DNA from: a virus
Reading direction: 5' to 3' (one strand)
DNA length: 64,000 nt
IMG/VR virus record: IMGVR_UViG_3300029258_005088
Below are positions 62,068 to 64,000 of this stretch, piece by piece. Below the pieces are notes generated by a model. That model was not told the DNA's origin. It ran no database searches and saw only the letters and a program-made list of their open reading frames with translations. Every line of letters begins with the position of its first letter. The stretch's first letter is position 1. The translations under genes and the position numbers were made by a program.

Positions 62068-62745
62068 ATGAGTTTCTCCTTCGATACTGCATCAGAAAAA
62101 GTTACGGCTTTCAGATTCCAATATACTGTAATCAGGAAGCAGTGTCCAGTATGCGGCAAACAAAAGGGCTTTATCTCGGAAATGAGCGAGGGCGGCCCAA
62201 GACCGTGGGGATACTGCTTCAACTGCCGCGCCTCGGGCACTCTTGCCTACCTGGAAAGGGGCGACGATACCAGAATGACGAAAGACTTCGTTCTGCAAGG
62301 ATTCATGTCAAGGGCGAACCAGCAGTTCGTCGCTACCGGCTCCAATACAGACGCTCTGAACGTCCTAGGTATACCGTTCAGGCACTCCGACCCCATACGA
62401 AGATTCTACGAAGAGTTCACTGGCCATGCTCCGATGAGAGCGGTTAGAATGCTCCGACAGAAACTGGGAATACGCCTGGGAGGAGGCAGCAAGGAGTTCT
62501 GGGGGAAGAGCGGTATCGTACTGCCCGTGCAGAACTGGCCCGGGAGGATCGTGGGGTTCTTCTGCATAACCGGTGACGACAACAGGTACGTTCCGGTGCG
62601 AAAGAACGAGGGCCAGGTGATAATCAGATGCCGGCCCACTGAAAGACGCCTGCATTTCTCCACCATAGCGGAAGCCTGCAGGGAAGGCGCTCTGTACGGT
62701 TCCTTGAATATCGACGTGAACATTACCTGCGATCCCGTGCTGTAA
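62068..62745 (+). CDS. primase-like zinc-binding protein lacking TOPRIM (possibly truncated)
   Basis: CPVC...YCFNCRASG, then IVLPVQNWPGRIVGF; start uncertain. Confidence 0.5.
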   Translation: MSFSFDTASEKVTAFRFQYTVIRKQCPVCGKQKGFISEMSEGGPRPWGYCFNCRASGTLAYLERGDDTRMTKDFVLQGFMSRANQQFVATGSNTDALNVLGIPFRHSDPIRRFYEEFTGHAPMRAVRMLRQKLGIRLGGGSKEFWGKSGIVLPVQNWPGRIVGFFCITGDDNRYVPVRKNEGQVIIRCRPTERRLHFSTIAEACREGALYGSLNIDVNITCDPVL

Positions 62746-63222
62746 TCAAGGGTATACGTATGGTAGATGTTTTGCAAAACACGTACCGCTGCCATTCGTC
62801 AGTTTGAACTCTACATGATCTCCGGGAGCCACGGTTATCACGCGCTCTCCGGGAACGGACGCAGAGAAGACGGCGTTCGGTCCAGCAACCCGGATGGAGT
62901 TGACATAGACTTCCCCGAACAACTGAGGACCTCCGTAGCGCAACACTCCAGCTGCTGGGACACTGTCTATTATGGTCGCCTGCACCCCGTTGGAAAAGAC
63001 ACCGGAGTAATACTCCGCCAGCGATATGGCATATTCTTCCGCTGTATAGACGGTCTTTCCGTTGGTGTCTGCTATGTCGTAGGTGACCTCGCTGATGCCG
63101 GTCGTGTCGTCCCCATCAACGAACGTATCCGGAAGTTGTTGTACTTGAGCTACTCTGTTGTAAGCTACTCCGTTTATTACGACGGCCTCGCCGTAATCTT
63201 CCTGAAGGTATATGGTTGCCAT
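62746..63222 (-). CDS. putative virion structural protein (beta-rich)
   Basis: AGGAGG RBS; V/T/G/Y-rich composition. Confidence 0.7.
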   Translation of the reverse strand: MATIYLQEDYGEAVVINGVAYNRVAQVQQLPDTFVDGDDTTGISEVTYDIADTNGKTVYTAEEYAISLAEYYSGVFSNGVQATIIDSVPAAGVLRYGGPQLFGEVYVNSIRVAGPNAVFSASVPGERVITVAPGDHVEFKLTNGSGTCFAKHLPYVYP

Positions 63223-63231
63223 GGATCCTCC

Positions 63232-63591
63232 CTAGGGCAGTGCCGCTGTTTCGTATTGATATGAATATACCGGAGATACCGTGTTTACTGCGGACTCATA
63301 CTGGTAAGAGTATACCGGAGATACCGTGTTTACTGCGGACTCATACTGATATGAGTATACCGGAGATACCGTGTTTTCTGCGGAATCATACTGGTAAGAC
63401 AGCTCGGCGGAACTGGATTCCTCCTGTGCCGAAGAAGCGTTCTGACAGATCTCGCAGGACTGATGCACGGAATCAACGGTCTCGTGGGTTCTTGCTCCCG
63501 TGGTCTCAGAAACCACGTCATAGCATACGCCGTCTATCTCTATGACGTCTCCTATAGAAACTCCGATGTTCGATGGTATCACTATTTCCAT
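63232..63591 (-). CDS. putative virion protein with 15-aa tandem repeats
   Basis: (YQYESAVNTVSPVYS) x3; N-terminal IGDVIEIDGVCY. Confidence 0.7.
   Translation of the reverse strand: MEIVIPSNIGVSIGDVIEIDGVCYDVVSETTGARTHETVDSVHQSCEICQNASSAQEESSSAELSYQYDSAENTVSPVYSYQYESAVNTVSPVYSYQYESAVNTVSPVYSYQYETAALP
63250..63400. repeat. 3.3 x 45-bp coding tandem repeat
   Basis: TATACCGGAGATACCGTGTTTACTGCGGACTCATACTGGTAAGAG units at 63266, 63311, 63356; contiguous, no spacers. Confidence 0.92.
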
Positions 63592-63600
63592 AATATGGTC

Positions 63601-64000
63601 CTATGCAAAATCCTGACAGCAGCAAGTATACTGCCACTTTCCTCCACCTAGCTGGTTTACGATGAACGTACCGCACCAGTCACCGCAGAAAGACTCGGGA
63701 GGAGTACACTCGGTAGCGCAGTTGGATACAGCCGCATCATAGGCCTCCTGGTAAGTATCGTACTCGGTTGCCCCGGGGAAGGTGGTGCAACCGAGGCATC
63801 CCGTGTAGGTACAGGTAATGACATCGAGGTTCTCCGCGGAGCTTTCTTCCTCTTGAGCCGAGGAAATCTCCTGTGCGGAGGACACCTCTTGCAGAGGACT
63901 CGGGTCTCCGGGATCAGACGGGAACTGCGACGGATCTCCCGCGCTAGGAGCTACCGCGCTCGGAGCCTCGTCACAACTGAGAGTCACCACGGCTTCTCCG
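63601..64000 (-). CDS. Ser/Glu/Pro-rich, Cys-rich protein (probably 5'-partial)
   Basis: Frame open to window end; SSAQE x2 plus SSAEN; C-terminal CTYTGCLGC...C...C...C...C...CCC. Confidence 0.6.
   Translation of the reverse strand, partial: GEAVVTLSCDEAPSAVAPSAGDPSQFPSDPGDPSPLQEVSSAQEISSAQEEESSAENLDVITCTYTGCLGCTTFPGATEYDTYQEAYDAAVSNCATECTPPESFCGDWCGTFIVNQLGGGKWQYTCCCQDFA

Larger units (their letters stand above)
1..64000. mobile_element. Segment of a large (jumbo-like) tailed dsDNA bacteriophage genome
   Basis: Large terminase, PolA, primase, DnaB, RecA, SbcCD, RuvC-like and HNH genes plus ~75 short coupled hypothetical ORFs; no host housekeeping genes; no integrase in window. Confidence 0.9.

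Noticed and set aside
63250-63400. Possible CRISPR array
   Set aside because: Units are contiguous with no unique spacers, are a multiple of 3 bp and encode a peptide repeat
63216-63545. Plus-strand ORF with IPEIPCLLRTHT repeats
   Set aside because: Antisense reading of the same 45-bp repeat; the minus-strand ORF fits operon direction and composition
1-64000. Alternative genetic code (TAG/TGA recoding seen in some large phages)
   Set aside because: Core genes (Pol, DnaB, SbcC, TerL, MTase) are intact under code 11, and both TAG and TGA end genes at expected C-termini

Overview
A 64-kb segment of a large, GC-rich (roughly 55-60% by eye) tailed dsDNA phage genome. No host housekeeping genes, rRNA, tRNA or CRISPR array were recognised. 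It has three blocks. (1) 1-35.8 kb: a dense, almost entirely minus-strand run of about 75 short, tightly coupled ORFs (early/accessory region). It includes a GHKL/Hsp90-type ATPase with a C-terminal HExxH motif, a low-GC HNH-AP2 endonuclease, two CxxCxxCC (YkgJ-like) proteins, three PAPS-reductase-like PP-loop proteins, a SLOG protein, a DnaJ-type zinc finger, a C5-cytosine methyltransferase, a Gp88-like protein, DUF932, and one lone plus-strand, host-like gene. (2) 35.8-57 kb: a minus-strand replication/recombination module with a wHTH initiator-like protein, RuvC-like resolvase, degenerate DnaQ-like protein, DUF1016-N protein, RecA, an SSB-like protein with a long Pro/Gln tail, family A DNA polymerase, primase, DnaB, SF2 helicase and SbcC/SbcD. 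(3) 57-64 kb: a divergently transcribed GpA-type large terminase and putative virion genes, including a protein with 8 K-x-A-S motifs and Ser/Glu-rich repeat proteins. Best leads: a candidate multi-enzyme DNA-modification set (3 PP-loop paralogs plus MTase plus Cys-cluster proteins), the GHKL-HExxH fusion, the K-x-A-S motif protein, a repeated promoter-hairpin motif, a riboswitch-like leader and a candidate origin inside the initiator gene. All family assignments come from motif recognition by eye, not database searches. Many start codons were re-called from the ORF track using RBS and overlap patterns.
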